Source of the DNA: a virus
Lineage: Duplodnaviria; Heunggongvirae; Uroviricota; Caudoviricetes
Virus record (IMG/VR): IMGVR_UViG_3300037466_000352
DNA length: 64,000 nucleotides
Reading direction: 5' to 3' (one strand)
Shown here: in pieces, positions 54,730-63,343 of the stretch
Layout: each line of letters starts with the position of its first letter
How positions within the stretch are numbered: the stretch's first letter is position 1
The notes under the pieces: model-generated
Database searches by the model: none
Told to the model about the DNA's origin: nothing
The model's input: only the letters and a program-made list of their open reading frames with translations
Translations under genes and position numbers: made by a program

Positions 54730-55233
54730 TTGATTACGATGAAATCACTACTTGCAGCAATCTTGATGGCCCTGTCGATTCACATCGCAGTGCCGAAAGA
54801 CAACCCGCCACAGCTTCAACCAACGGTTCAGCACGACATCAACTGTCTGGCAGAGAACGTCTACTATGAAGCCCGTGGCGAACCCGAGGCTGGTCAAGTC
54901 GCGGTCGCTGATGTGACCCTGAACCGCACACAGGCCAATGGTTTTCCTAAGACGGTATGCGGCGTGGTTCACGAACAACGTGACCACAAGTGCCAATTCT
55001 CGTGGGTATGCTGGCGCAAGCGTCCGCCTATCGATAAGAATTCCCAACAGTGGGTCAAGGCGAGCAATATTGCCATCACTGTCTTGCTTTTCCGTTCAGG
55101 ATCGGATACAATGTTAAAACAGTCGGCGCTGTTCTATCACGCCAACTACGTTCACCCCGTCTGGGCGAAGAAAATGAAGTTCATCAAGAAGATTGGTGGA
55201 CACCTGTTCTACACGAAGCAAACGAACATCTGA
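54730..55233 (+). CDS. SleB-like cell-wall hydrolase with a signal peptide
   Basis: 167 aa. Signal peptide, then SleB-domain motifs (VADVTLNR, PKTVCGVV, QFSW). Confidence 0.7.
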   Translation: MITMKSLLAAILMALSIHIAVPKDNPPQLQPTVQHDINCLAENVYYEARGEPEAGQVAVADVTLNRTQANGFPKTVCGVVHEQRDHKCQFSWVCWRKRPPIDKNSQQWVKASNIAITVLLFRSGSDTMLKQSALFYHANYVHPVWAKKMKFIKKIGGHLFYTKQTNI

Positions 55234-55907
55234 TGATTTTTCAAAGTGAGATTCAACATCGCGGTACTTTCCCTTGTGAGTACCCCGATAGCGTAGTGAA
55301 GAACGAAACCATGTTCTTCAACTGCGACCTAGATTATGCGTACAAGCACGGGCACGACATCACACGTCACTTCCTCGATGGTCTTCCCGAAGACTGGAAA
55401 TTGGATGATGTCGTGCTCGACAGCCGGGTACATATGCTGATGCCGGGTTGGTATCCGTGCATTCCTGGCTGGCACCATGACGATGTGCCGCGCAGCACGC
55501 CTACCGGCCAACCGAACTACGAGAACCCCGAATATCACGCCGAACACCTGATCGGACTGGTGAACGGAAGTCTCGCGCCGACAGAATTTGCACTCGGTCG
55601 ATTCGAGATGTCTGAACCCGACATCAATTCAACGATCTATCAGGTATGGCACAAGGAAGTGCAACGTCAGCTTCACGTTGCCATGTGTCTCGATTTTAAC
55701 AATCCGGTCGTCACGCAGAAGTTCGCTGAATCTGGTGAGTACATCCAATTCGACGCACACGCGTTCCATACCGGAACCAAGGCAGTCGGCAACGGCTGGC
55801 GCTGGTTCATCCGTCTGTCACGCAATACCGACCGGGTGAAGTACATCACAAACGAAATCCGTCACCAAGTCCAAGTGTACATGGACGACCCGACCCAAGG
55901 CTGGTAA
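55233..55907 (+). CDS. Putative 2OG-Fe(II) oxygenase-superfamily protein
   Basis: Trimmed to ATG 55233 (TGATG overlap). GWHHDD (HxD) and a distal AFHTG His. Confidence 0.4.
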   Translation: MIFQSEIQHRGTFPCEYPDSVVKNETMFFNCDLDYAYKHGHDITRHFLDGLPEDWKLDDVVLDSRVHMLMPGWYPCIPGWHHDDVPRSTPTGQPNYENPEYHAEHLIGLVNGSLAPTEFALGRFEMSEPDINSTIYQVWHKEVQRQLHVAMCLDFNNPVVTQKFAESGEYIQFDAHAFHTGTKAVGNGWRWFIRLSRNTDRVKYITNEIRHQVQVYMDDPTQGW

Positions 55908-56237
55908 ATGACATATCTGACAAAAGAAGAGATTGTAGACGAACTTTTTGCTGCGTTGACCGAAGAAGACAAGCGCTCGCTGAAGACATATTACAAGTCC
56001 GAAGACGAACTCGGAATCTTGCATCACGGCTACGGCACACACATCCGCAACACATACAAGCTGTGGGAAGCAGCGAATCCGCTGACTCACGACTGGTTCA
56101 AAGACTGCGCGTTCGCTGAACGCGATGGTGTCAAGCACGCCTATATGATTGATGGCGTCGATCATCACCCGCAGCATCCCGATCAGGTGTCATTCGACAT
56201 CATCAAGGCCGTTTGGCACAAGGTAGTCGATGTCTGA
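55908..56237 (+). CDS. Hypothetical protein
   Basis: 109 aa ORF. Confidence 0.5.
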   Translation: MTYLTKEEIVDELFAALTEEDKRSLKTYYKSEDELGILHHGYGTHIRNTYKLWEAANPLTHDWFKDCAFAERDGVKHAYMIDGVDHHPQHPDQVSFDIIKAVWHKVVDV

Positions 56238-56454
56238 AGAGAAGTGGATAGAAGCAGGGCCGTTGCCGAACGGGCACTACCTGTTCTACAAAGAAAACGA
56301 AGTCGGTGGTCGCACCTACATGACCGATGAATGTGGTTGTGGTGTCGTGATCTGGGATACGGCGATCACGGATTATCACACCCTGTTGGCCGCAATTGTT
56401 CATGAAGACCATTTGCGTATCAAAGAGTTTTACGAGAAAGAGCATGCAAGCTGA
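56230..56454 (+). CDS. Hypothetical protein
   Basis: 74 aa ORF. Confidence 0.45.
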   Translation: MSEEKWIEAGPLPNGHYLFYKENEVGGRTYMTDECGCGVVIWDTAITDYHTLLAAIVHEDHLRIKEFYEKEHAS

Positions 56455-56719
56455 AGTACAAGAAGTCCACGCAACAGACGAATTTCTGATTACCAAGGAA
56501 TTCGCATCGGCAGAACAGTTCTCGATGTTCATCGAAGAGACAGCCATCAAAGAAGGTATGGACCTGATCGATGTCATTCTGAATTACTGCGAAGAGAAAG
56601 ACATCGACGTTGACGTTACCGCCAAACTCGTCACCAAGTCACTCAAAGAAAAACTCGCCGTCGAATTCCAAGAACGGAAGATGATGCGCTCCGAATCCGG
56701 CACACTGGAAGACCTGTGA
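56444..56719 (+). CDS. Hypothetical acidic protein
   Basis: Trimmed to ATG 56444 (MQAEVQE...). Confidence 0.45.
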   Translation: MQAEVQEVHATDEFLITKEFASAEQFSMFIEETAIKEGMDLIDVILNYCEEKDIDVDVTAKLVTKSLKEKLAVEFQERKMMRSESGTLEDL

Positions 56720-56849
56720 GTTGGAACAACGTTATACCGTGGTCCTATTTCCACAAGTTGGACCATCTCAAACTTGCACACATATCGTGCGCGTTCGTCA
56801 ATGAAGTTGATATTGGTGAACTTCGAAGCGATTGGTGCAACTTCTACTG

Positions 56850-57344
56850 ATGCTTTCATTCAAAGAATTCCTGCAAGAGAAGTACGGTACGACCGGAACC
56901 TATGCAGCCCTGAAGTTCGATCAACCGTCCACGGATGACATCGAAGCTTATCAGGCACACAACAAGATTCCGAACCCGGTCCCAGCGGACAAGCTACACG
57001 TAACATTGCTGTATTCGCGTAGACACATGGCCGGGTTCAAACCGCGCGGGCGACTAGAATCGCTCATAAAGGCTCGCGTCGCCGGGTTCGATGTCTGGGA
57101 TACCCAAGACGGAAAGAAGGCACTGGTGGCCCGTTTGGACGCCCCGGAACTCGTTGCACGCCATCGCGAACTGATGGACAAGTACAACGGGACTTACGAT
57201 TTCCCAGAATACAAGCCGCACACCACGTTGTCATATGATGTCGGCCCAGATTTCGATCACCAGAACCTTCCTCCATTTGGTCCTGTCCTCACGCTCGACA
57301 ACGAGTTCGGTGAAGACCTCGACCTCGATTGGAAGGCTGATTGA
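56850..57344 (+). CDS. 2H phosphoesterase-superfamily protein (LigT / 2',3'-cyclic phosphodiesterase-like)
   Basis: Two H-x-T-x motifs (HVTLLY and HTTLSY) about 80 aa apart. Confidence 0.65.
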   Translation: MLSFKEFLQEKYGTTGTYAALKFDQPSTDDIEAYQAHNKIPNPVPADKLHVTLLYSRRHMAGFKPRGRLESLIKARVAGFDVWDTQDGKKALVARLDAPELVARHRELMDKYNGTYDFPEYKPHTTLSYDVGPDFDHQNLPPFGPVLTLDNEFGEDLDLDWKAD

Positions 57345-57357
57345 ACAAGAAACACCA

Positions 57358-57750
57358 ATGAAACTCATTGAACAAATTCGCCAAGCAGAACGAACCCTTG
57401 AAACACGTCTCGCACAAGAAAAGCGAGATGCAGAAGAATCCCAGAAGAAGCTTGACGACGAAGACCGTCTCGAAGGTGCGAAGCGGGCCAAGACCGATAT
57501 CAAGGAAATCAGCAACAAGATTCTCTGCGCCGTCGATGACCAGTTAAAGTTCTACGTACATCCGATTGGTCGTGGTCGCGACAAACCGATGACACCATTC
57601 GAAGAAGGGTACTCGAATTATCTGATTCAGCACTACCTCTCTGAAGGTGTTCAAGCTGTGCTGACGAAGACTCCGCTACGTCGCAACACACCGGCTGGTC
57701 CATCGACTTCGCACGACTACAACATCCGTTTCTCATGGGATATCGAGTAG
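57358..57750 (+). CDS. Hypothetical protein
   Basis: Trimmed to ATG 57358 (MKLIEQIRQ...). Confidence 0.5.
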   Translation: MKLIEQIRQAERTLETRLAQEKRDAEESQKKLDDEDRLEGAKRAKTDIKEISNKILCAVDDQLKFYVHPIGRGRDKPMTPFEEGYSNYLIQHYLSEGVQAVLTKTPLRRNTPAGPSTSHDYNIRFSWDIE

Positions 57751-58022
57751 TCAACGTCGCGACGACGAGAGACTATGATGTCTATATCGGTCGCGGAACG
57801 AAGTGGGGCAATCCGTTCATCATTGGACGCGATGGTTCCCGCGATGAAGTGATTGCCAAACACGCCGAGTGGATCGAGTACGGTGAAGGGAGTTATCTCT
57901 TGACGCATCTTCATGAACTGTATGGCAAGACCCTTGGCTGTCACTGCGCACCAAAACCATGTCACGGCTGCACTCTCGCGCGACTGGCTATCAAGTATCA
58001 CATCCCAACCTTTTTCGAATGA
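57735..58022 (+). CDS. DUF4326-like protein
   Basis: RGTKWGNPF...CHCAPKPCHG motif pattern. Confidence 0.5.
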   Translation: MGYRVVNVATTRDYDVYIGRGTKWGNPFIIGRDGSRDEVIAKHAEWIEYGEGSYLLTHLHELYGKTLGCHCAPKPCHGCTLARLAIKYHIPTFFE

Positions 58023-58615
58023 CACCATACCAAGTCGGCAAAGCATACATAGCCCTGAAGGCGCACTTCACCAAGGACTCGTATGACGTAATCAAGTCGA
58101 ATGGACGGATCAACTATCCGCGTGCCAAGTTCGAAGAACGGAAGGACCGCCATCGTTGCGAGAAGATGGCTATCAACATGCGCGACGAAGAGATTGTCAA
58201 GTTCTTCGTCGCCAACTTCTCACGCAAGCCAGACTATAGCGGACTGTTTGATGACCAGTCCGAGACACGCTACAGGGAATGGTGCGGCTACATCGAATCG
58301 CTGTCGTACAACTATGGGAATGAAGTCAAGTCATTGCTACTTGATGCAAAAGATTCCCAGATGTGTTATAATGACGTTTTCGTTGGTGCTGAAGGTCAAC
58401 ATCCTCCCGTTCTCAATGCGTACATGGGGAAGCAAATCTCCATCGAGACGTTCATCATTCTGGACCGCCTAAATAGGTTTACGGACAACATAACAGTCGA
58501 TGTGGTGTCAGAAGACACGCTTCGCATCGCTCGCAAGTACAGTCCCTTCCTGAAGGTCGATCTGGAAACCTATGACAACATCACAAGAACCGTCAGAGAA
58601 CAAGTGTTCGAATGA
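58019..58615 (+). CDS. Helicase loader (T4 gp59 homologue)
   Basis: Trimmed to ATG 58019. Matches T4 gp59 segments (YDVIK..., ISIETFIILDRLNRF vs ISFETFILLDSFLNI). Confidence 0.7.
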   Translation: MTPYQVGKAYIALKAHFTKDSYDVIKSNGRINYPRAKFEERKDRHRCEKMAINMRDEEIVKFFVANFSRKPDYSGLFDDQSETRYREWCGYIESLSYNYGNEVKSLLLDAKDSQMCYNDVFVGAEGQHPPVLNAYMGKQISIETFIILDRLNRFTDNITVDVVSEDTLRIARKYSPFLKVDLETYDNITRTVREQVFE

Positions 58616-58640
58616 GGTAAAAGAACTGCAAGAGGAAGTC

Positions 58641-58772
58641 ATGTACTTGCAGGCAGAGAACGACAAGCTGTGGGCCAAGATCGAAGAGATGGAAGGTAAC
58701 TACGCGTCGCTGTTCGACCGCATCCGGTCATGGCCGTTCATTAAGATCAACGTTCCCGCTTTAGCGCAGTAA
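58641..58772 (+). CDS. Small coiled-coil protein (uncertain start)
   Basis: Track ORF 58572..58772. The first ATG after the gp59 stop is 58641. Confidence 0.3.
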   Translation: MYLQAENDKLWAKIEEMEGNYASLFDRIRSWPFIKINVPALAQ

Positions 58773-58939
58773 TGAGTAAGACAAGGCACTACCGTCCCGA
58801 AGAACGAAGCATTCATCGGGCGAAAATGGTCGCAGATAAGGCGACTAAATATAAGCATGACATCTTCAAAGTCACAGAAGAACCAGACGATGAAGACGAG
58901 TACGTGATGATCGCCGAAGATTTTGGCGACATTGAATAG
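58772..58939 (+). CDS. Hypothetical small protein (55 aa), not in the track
   Basis: ATG 58772 overlapping the upstream stop. Acidic C-terminus. Confidence 0.35.
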   Translation: MSKTRHYRPEERSIHRAKMVADKATKYKHDIFKVTEEPDDEDEYVMIAEDFGDIE

Positions 58940-59036
58940 TAGTACAACTCTTTGAGATTTTCCTTCATGAAGACCATACACGTCGAAACATACGTTTCAC
59001 AAATCAAAACACACGTAGACATAGGTAGAAATACAA

Positions 59037-60029
59037 ATGGCAAAGTCCCTCTCGGAAATGCGCAAGTCGCGCGGCAACTTCGAACAACTTACCAAAGAAA
59101 TCGAGAAGCAAGGTAAGAAGAACTACGACAAAGAAGATGACCGCTTCTGGCAGTGCGCAGTAGACAAAGCTGGCAACGGCCAAGCTGTCGTCCGATTCCT
59201 GCCCGCCCCGCAAGGCGAAGACCTTCCGTTCGTCCGTATGTGGTCGCACGGTTTCCAAGGTCCGACTGGCAAGTGGTATATCGAAAACTCGCGTACCACG
59301 CTTGGTGAAAGCGATCCGGTAACGGAACTGAACAACGAACTCTGGGCCTCGAAGGTCAAAGAGAACGAAGAAATCGCTCGCAAACAAAAGCGCAAGCTGT
59401 CCTACTACAGCAACGTGCTTATCATCTCTGATCCGGCCAACCCGGAAAACGAAGGTCAAGTGAAGATTTTCCGCTACGGCGCGAAGATTTTCGAGAAGCT
59501 TGAAGCAGCAATGAAGCCGGAATTCGATGACGATCCGACCTTCAACCCGTTTGACTTCTGGGACGGTGCGAACTTCCGCCTGAAGATCACGAAGAAAGAT
59601 GGTTTCGCGAACTTCGACAAGTCCTCGCTCGCAGAGTCGAAGCCCCTGTCGGATGACGACGAAGAACTGCAAAAGATTTGGGACAAGTGTCACTCACTTG
59701 CAGCGATTGTCGCACCGGATCAGTTCAAGAGCTACGACGATCTGAAGAAGCGCCTGAACTTCGTCCTCGCAACTGGCGCACCCGGCAAGAATGCCGAACA
59801 GTCGGAAATCGATCAAGACGACGAAGCATTCATCCGTCAGCAATCACGTTCGACCGCTGACCGCCTGAAGAAAGAAACCAAGGACGCACCGAACGCAGAG
59901 CAATTCGATGACGTTCCACCGTTCGATACGGAAAAGCCGAAGACGACCGCTGCGAAGTCCACGGCCAAGAAGGTCGAAGAAGAAGCAGACGACGACCTCG
60001 AATACTTCCGAAAGCTTGCTGGTGAGTAA
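59037..60029 (+). CDS. Single-stranded DNA-binding protein (T4 gp32 homologue)
   Basis: 330 aa. KAGNGQAVVRFLPAP...GKWYIE matches the gp32 core. Acidic C-terminal tail. Confidence 0.9.
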   Translation: MAKSLSEMRKSRGNFEQLTKEIEKQGKKNYDKEDDRFWQCAVDKAGNGQAVVRFLPAPQGEDLPFVRMWSHGFQGPTGKWYIENSRTTLGESDPVTELNNELWASKVKENEEIARKQKRKLSYYSNVLIISDPANPENEGQVKIFRYGAKIFEKLEAAMKPEFDDDPTFNPFDFWDGANFRLKITKKDGFANFDKSSLAESKPLSDDDEELQKIWDKCHSLAAIVAPDQFKSYDDLKKRLNFVLATGAPGKNAEQSEIDQDDEAFIRQQSRSTADRLKKETKDAPNAEQFDDVPPFDTEKPKTTAAKSTAKKVEEEADDDLEYFRKLAGE

Positions 60030-60088
60030 TCAACAGGTACAGCCTACGGGCTGTATTTGACAGATACAAATCATAAGCTGTAAAACAC

Positions 60089-60113
60089 AAAAGCCCGCGA
60101 AAGCGGGCTTTTT
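60089..60113. terminator. Bidirectional Rho-independent terminator between convergent gene 32 and the minus-strand operon
   Basis: AAAAGCCCGC-GAAA-GCGGGCTTTTT with T/A runs on both sides. Confidence 0.85.
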
Positions 60114-60123
60114 CTTTGGTGCT

Positions 60124-62040
60124 TTAGAACAGCACCGTATTCATCATCTGCCTGTCGAAGTAGGATTCGCGGGCGCGTGGTTCGGCTTTCACCGGCACTA
60201 CCTTTGGACCCGATTGTTGTGGCTGTGAGATGTTCTGTTGAACCACAACCTTCGGCGCGTCGTGATTCGCGCTATGGTTCGCAACTTGCTGTACGTCATG
60301 TGTCGGTGCTGGCTTCACATCGACCTTGCCATGTGGGCCGCCCATCCATTCCGGCATCCACGACTTATCGATCTTGTTCCAGTTCTCATAGACACCATCT
60401 GCGGCCCCAGCAATACCGCCCACAGCACCGCCGACCATCGTCCCTACACCCGGAATGAACGAACCGACTGCGGCCCCCGTAGCGCCCCAATCTGCCGCTT
60501 TACGTGCGACATCTGCACCGATGGCTAGTTGGTCATGCCCGGTCTTCTCAAGTTCGTCGTGTGCGTATCCGAGTCCCTTGTCTGCTGCGTATCCAACGAG
60601 CGCCGCTGCACCGCCCTTCAGTAGTCCCTTTCCAAGACCCTTCCCTAACTTCGCAAGCTTCGAAAGTGAACGCACGCCCTTCTTTGCACCAAACAAGGCA
60701 GGCAGAAGGCTTGTCGCATCACCGATTACTTCGGATGTTATCGACGAATCGGAACCTTCTTTTGCTGCTGCGTCACCTTGCGGATTGTCATCGATCTTCA
60801 ACGTAGGATCGGCTGACCGAGGACCCACGTCGTTATCAGGAAGGTCCGACTTCGGCTTGAACGCATCCGTGATAGTTGGCTTCGGTACGAACGTCGGATA
60901 CACATCAACCGCACCACGAACTGCCGATGCAATCGGCGATTCTTGCGTCTTCAGTGGCGCATGTGGATTGCGCGGTTTAACCTTGATCGGCGATTCGACT
61001 TCACGATGTTCAACGTCTTGTACAGCGAGTTCCTTGTGCGCGATCTTCGGTGCAGGAAGAAGATGCGGTTCGTGATACTCAAGCGCCTTCTGGTCAAGCG
61101 GTACGTGTGGCTTTGGATCAACTAGCGCACCTGTCGGGCCATGCGGACCCGGCAACTGTGGATGCAACTCTGCGCCAGACGATGAAGGTCCAGGCAACTC
61201 TGGATTGATCGGAACTGCACTGCGACCTTTCGGACCATCGAGACGATCTTGCATGTATCGCGGCGGCTGTTCGTCTTCGGCCTTCTTGACCATCTTCACG
61301 ATCAAGTTTTCGACATGAAGGTTCTCGATCTTCGATGGGAATCCACCCGAACCCTTTCCTTCACCCGAACCGCCCGCGATCTGTGATGCCATCGCGTTTG
61401 CTTTGTCCTTCTCTGCTTCGCCCGTGATCTGTTCACCCGCCTCTCGAATCAGCTTTTCGGCAGTGCCTTGGTTCTGTAGTTCGTGAAGCGGATTCAGTAC
61501 ACCCGCACCGTTCTTTTCAAGACCCGCCAGCTTTCTGAACAAAGGGCTTTCAAGATCGTCTTGTGTCGGCTTGAAGAACTTGGCTGCACGTTGCGAGAAC
61601 TCTTGACGAAGAACACCGCCTTTCTTCTTTGCATTCGGATCGGTGTGCTTCATTCCGATAGATGCAAGATGTTCCAGTTCTCCCTTGGCAGGATGGTCGC
61701 CATCGATTTCGTTCAGGCGAACGACGGCTGCTTTGAATTCCTTGTGAAGTGCATCAAAGTCCTTGGCGTCGGCGCGACGAAGCTTGTAGAAGTTCTCCGT
61801 GATACCACGGAACACTTCACGTTGTTCATCGGTGGCCGTCTTCATCCATTCTTCTTGATCCTTCACCGAGTCAGTGAATTGACGATACGCTTCGTCGATC
61901 TGCTGAACGAATTTGTCATCCTTGCCGTTATTCTTCGACACCTGATTGCGACGAAGCAACGCTCCGATCTTCCCGATGTAGGCATTCATGTCCTCATTCG
62001 AGATTCGAGATGTCTGTAATGATGGTTGCATCGCCGCCAT
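60124..62040 (-). CDS. Large hypothetical protein (638 aa) with a Pro-rich linker and a C-terminal glycine-zipper segment
   Basis: Long minus-strand ORF. GxxxG repeats in GVGTMVGGAVGGIAGAADG. The N-terminal half is helical. Confidence 0.65.
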   Translation of the reverse strand: MAAMQPSLQTSRISNEDMNAYIGKIGALLRRNQVSKNNGKDDKFVQQIDEAYRQFTDSVKDQEEWMKTATDEQREVFRGITENFYKLRRADAKDFDALHKEFKAAVVRLNEIDGDHPAKGELEHLASIGMKHTDPNAKKKGGVLRQEFSQRAAKFFKPTQDDLESPLFRKLAGLEKNGAGVLNPLHELQNQGTAEKLIREAGEQITGEAEKDKANAMASQIAGGSGEGKGSGGFPSKIENLHVENLIVKMVKKAEDEQPPRYMQDRLDGPKGRSAVPINPELPGPSSSGAELHPQLPGPHGPTGALVDPKPHVPLDQKALEYHEPHLLPAPKIAHKELAVQDVEHREVESPIKVKPRNPHAPLKTQESPIASAVRGAVDVYPTFVPKPTITDAFKPKSDLPDNDVGPRSADPTLKIDDNPQGDAAAKEGSDSSITSEVIGDATSLLPALFGAKKGVRSLSKLAKLGKGLGKGLLKGGAAALVGYAADKGLGYAHDELEKTGHDQLAIGADVARKAADWGATGAAVGSFIPGVGTMVGGAVGGIAGAADGVYENWNKIDKSWMPEWMGGPHGKVDVKPAPTHDVQQVANHSANHDAPKVVVQQNISQPQQSGPKVVPVKAEPRARESYFDRQMMNTVLF

Positions 62041-62051
62041 TTAGATAACCT

Positions 62052-62249
62052 TTATGTGTGTTGCTGTTGCTTACGGAGAAGTTCGTTTCGTTCTGCCTCT
62101 TCTCGAATGTGTTGGACAAGCTGACCGACGTAAATTTCTCGCTCCCACGGCAACATCTCGTCCAATTCGGTCAACGAATATTTATGGAACTGGACGAGAC
62201 TGAAGTTCAACTTGTAGTAGTTGAACAAACTGTCATGTGAGAGCATCAC
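62052..62249 (-). CDS. Hypothetical protein
   Basis: 65 aa. Overlaps the upstream gene's stop (ATGA on the minus strand). Confidence 0.45.
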   Translation of the reverse strand: MMLSHDSLFNYYKLNFSLVQFHKYSLTELDEMLPWEREIYVGQLVQHIREEAERNELLRKQQQHT

Positions 62250-62944
62250 CCGAAAAAAGCTTCGATGCCTTCCAGTGTGTATTGTGTATCTTTCTCACAG
62301 TGCGGGCACTTGTCAGTGAACGTATGCTTCAACACCGGCATAGTTGCGAAGAAGTTCTCGATCTGTTCGAACTGCTGCGATGTTAGTGATTCAAGGAAAG
62401 CCCGAACTTCTTCGAGTGGTTCGTCCTTGGTCGGGTGAACTTCTTCGTCAGTGAAAACAGTCTTGATGCACTTCATGATTGTTTCGTAGACCGTCTCGAC
62501 GCTATAGTTCTTGTTCAGATAATCGAGTTGTTCCGTTGTTGGATATTCCATCTCTACACCGAGATTGTCTGCCAACATGATCTTCGTGCTATGTCCATCT
62601 GTCTTGATAACTTTGACATCGGGAAGCTGAAGTCGATAATCGTGCTGCTGTTCACAGTGCCCACAAGTCAGAACCAAGTCAACCGATTCCCCAACTGATC
62701 GAATGCGAATCTGCATGAACATGTATTCAAGGTCGAAGTTCGGCAAACTCTCGATGTCAAGCTTTCCGAATGAACACGTATCGACCACATTACGGACAGA
62801 CAACAGGATGTCCGCGTCGTTGCTCTGAAGTGCCATCAAGAGCGTCTTCTGTTCTCCGACCAACCAGGGACGACACTTGATCTTTTTCCCGGTGGATGGC
62901 AGTGTCAGTTCAAAGATAGGGTAGTTGTTGCGTGGCAGAGCCAT
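62246..62944 (-). CDS. Hypothetical protein with two CxxC pairs (zinc-ribbon); putative late gene
   Basis: 232 aa. CGHC...CPHC. The minus-strand CTAAATAG motif lies about 27 nt upstream of its ATG. Confidence 0.6.
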   Translation of the reverse strand: MALPRNNYPIFELTLPSTGKKIKCRPWLVGEQKTLLMALQSNDADILLSVRNVVDTCSFGKLDIESLPNFDLEYMFMQIRIRSVGESVDLVLTCGHCEQQHDYRLQLPDVKVIKTDGHSTKIMLADNLGVEMEYPTTEQLDYLNKNYSVETVYETIMKCIKTVFTDEEVHPTKDEPLEEVRAFLESLTSQQFEQIENFFATMPVLKHTFTDKCPHCEKDTQYTLEGIEAFFG

Positions 62945-62964
62945 GAAATAGTCCTCAGTGATGA

Positions 62965-63008
62965 TCGACTATTTAGTTGTTGACACGCATTCCCAACCTT
63001 GGTAATAT
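62965..63008. promoter_or_regulatory. Divergent region: minus-strand CTAAATAG late-type motif (62969-62976) and + strand conserved promoter TTGACA-N17-TAATAT (62980-63008)
   Basis: GTTGACACGCATTCCCAACCTTGGTAATAT, followed by CATCGACA and RBS aggagg. Confidence 0.6.
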
Positions 63009-63036
63009 CTTGTTCATCGACACAGGAGGACGCACC

Positions 63037-63333
63037 ATGAACCATCAACAAGCACTCGATCTGGCAATCGACAACAACATCGAAGTCTCGGTGGATCGCG
63101 AAATGCGCGACTGCACGGCGATGCGCCGCATCCTCTCGACGGAATTCAAGGTTGGCGGCTTCCTTCTTGTCCGGGCACGCGGTCAGAACAAATGGTCTAT
63201 TACGTCACCCACTGGCGGCACGTACTGTCACGTGTCGGGTCCGTTGCAAGGCAAGACGATTCTTCTGCCTCGCGGCGATGCAATGAAGTACGCTATCGAC
63301 CTGATCCTTGAACAACGTGCAGCACAACAGTAA
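63037..63333 (+). CDS. Hypothetical protein
   Basis: Trimmed to ATG 63037 (MNHQQALD...) with RBS aggagg. Confidence 0.55.
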   Translation: MNHQQALDLAIDNNIEVSVDREMRDCTAMRRILSTEFKVGGFLLVRARGQNKWSITSPTGGTYCHVSGPLQGKTILLPRGDAMKYAIDLILEQRAAQQ

Positions 63334-63343
63334 GGGGACCGTC

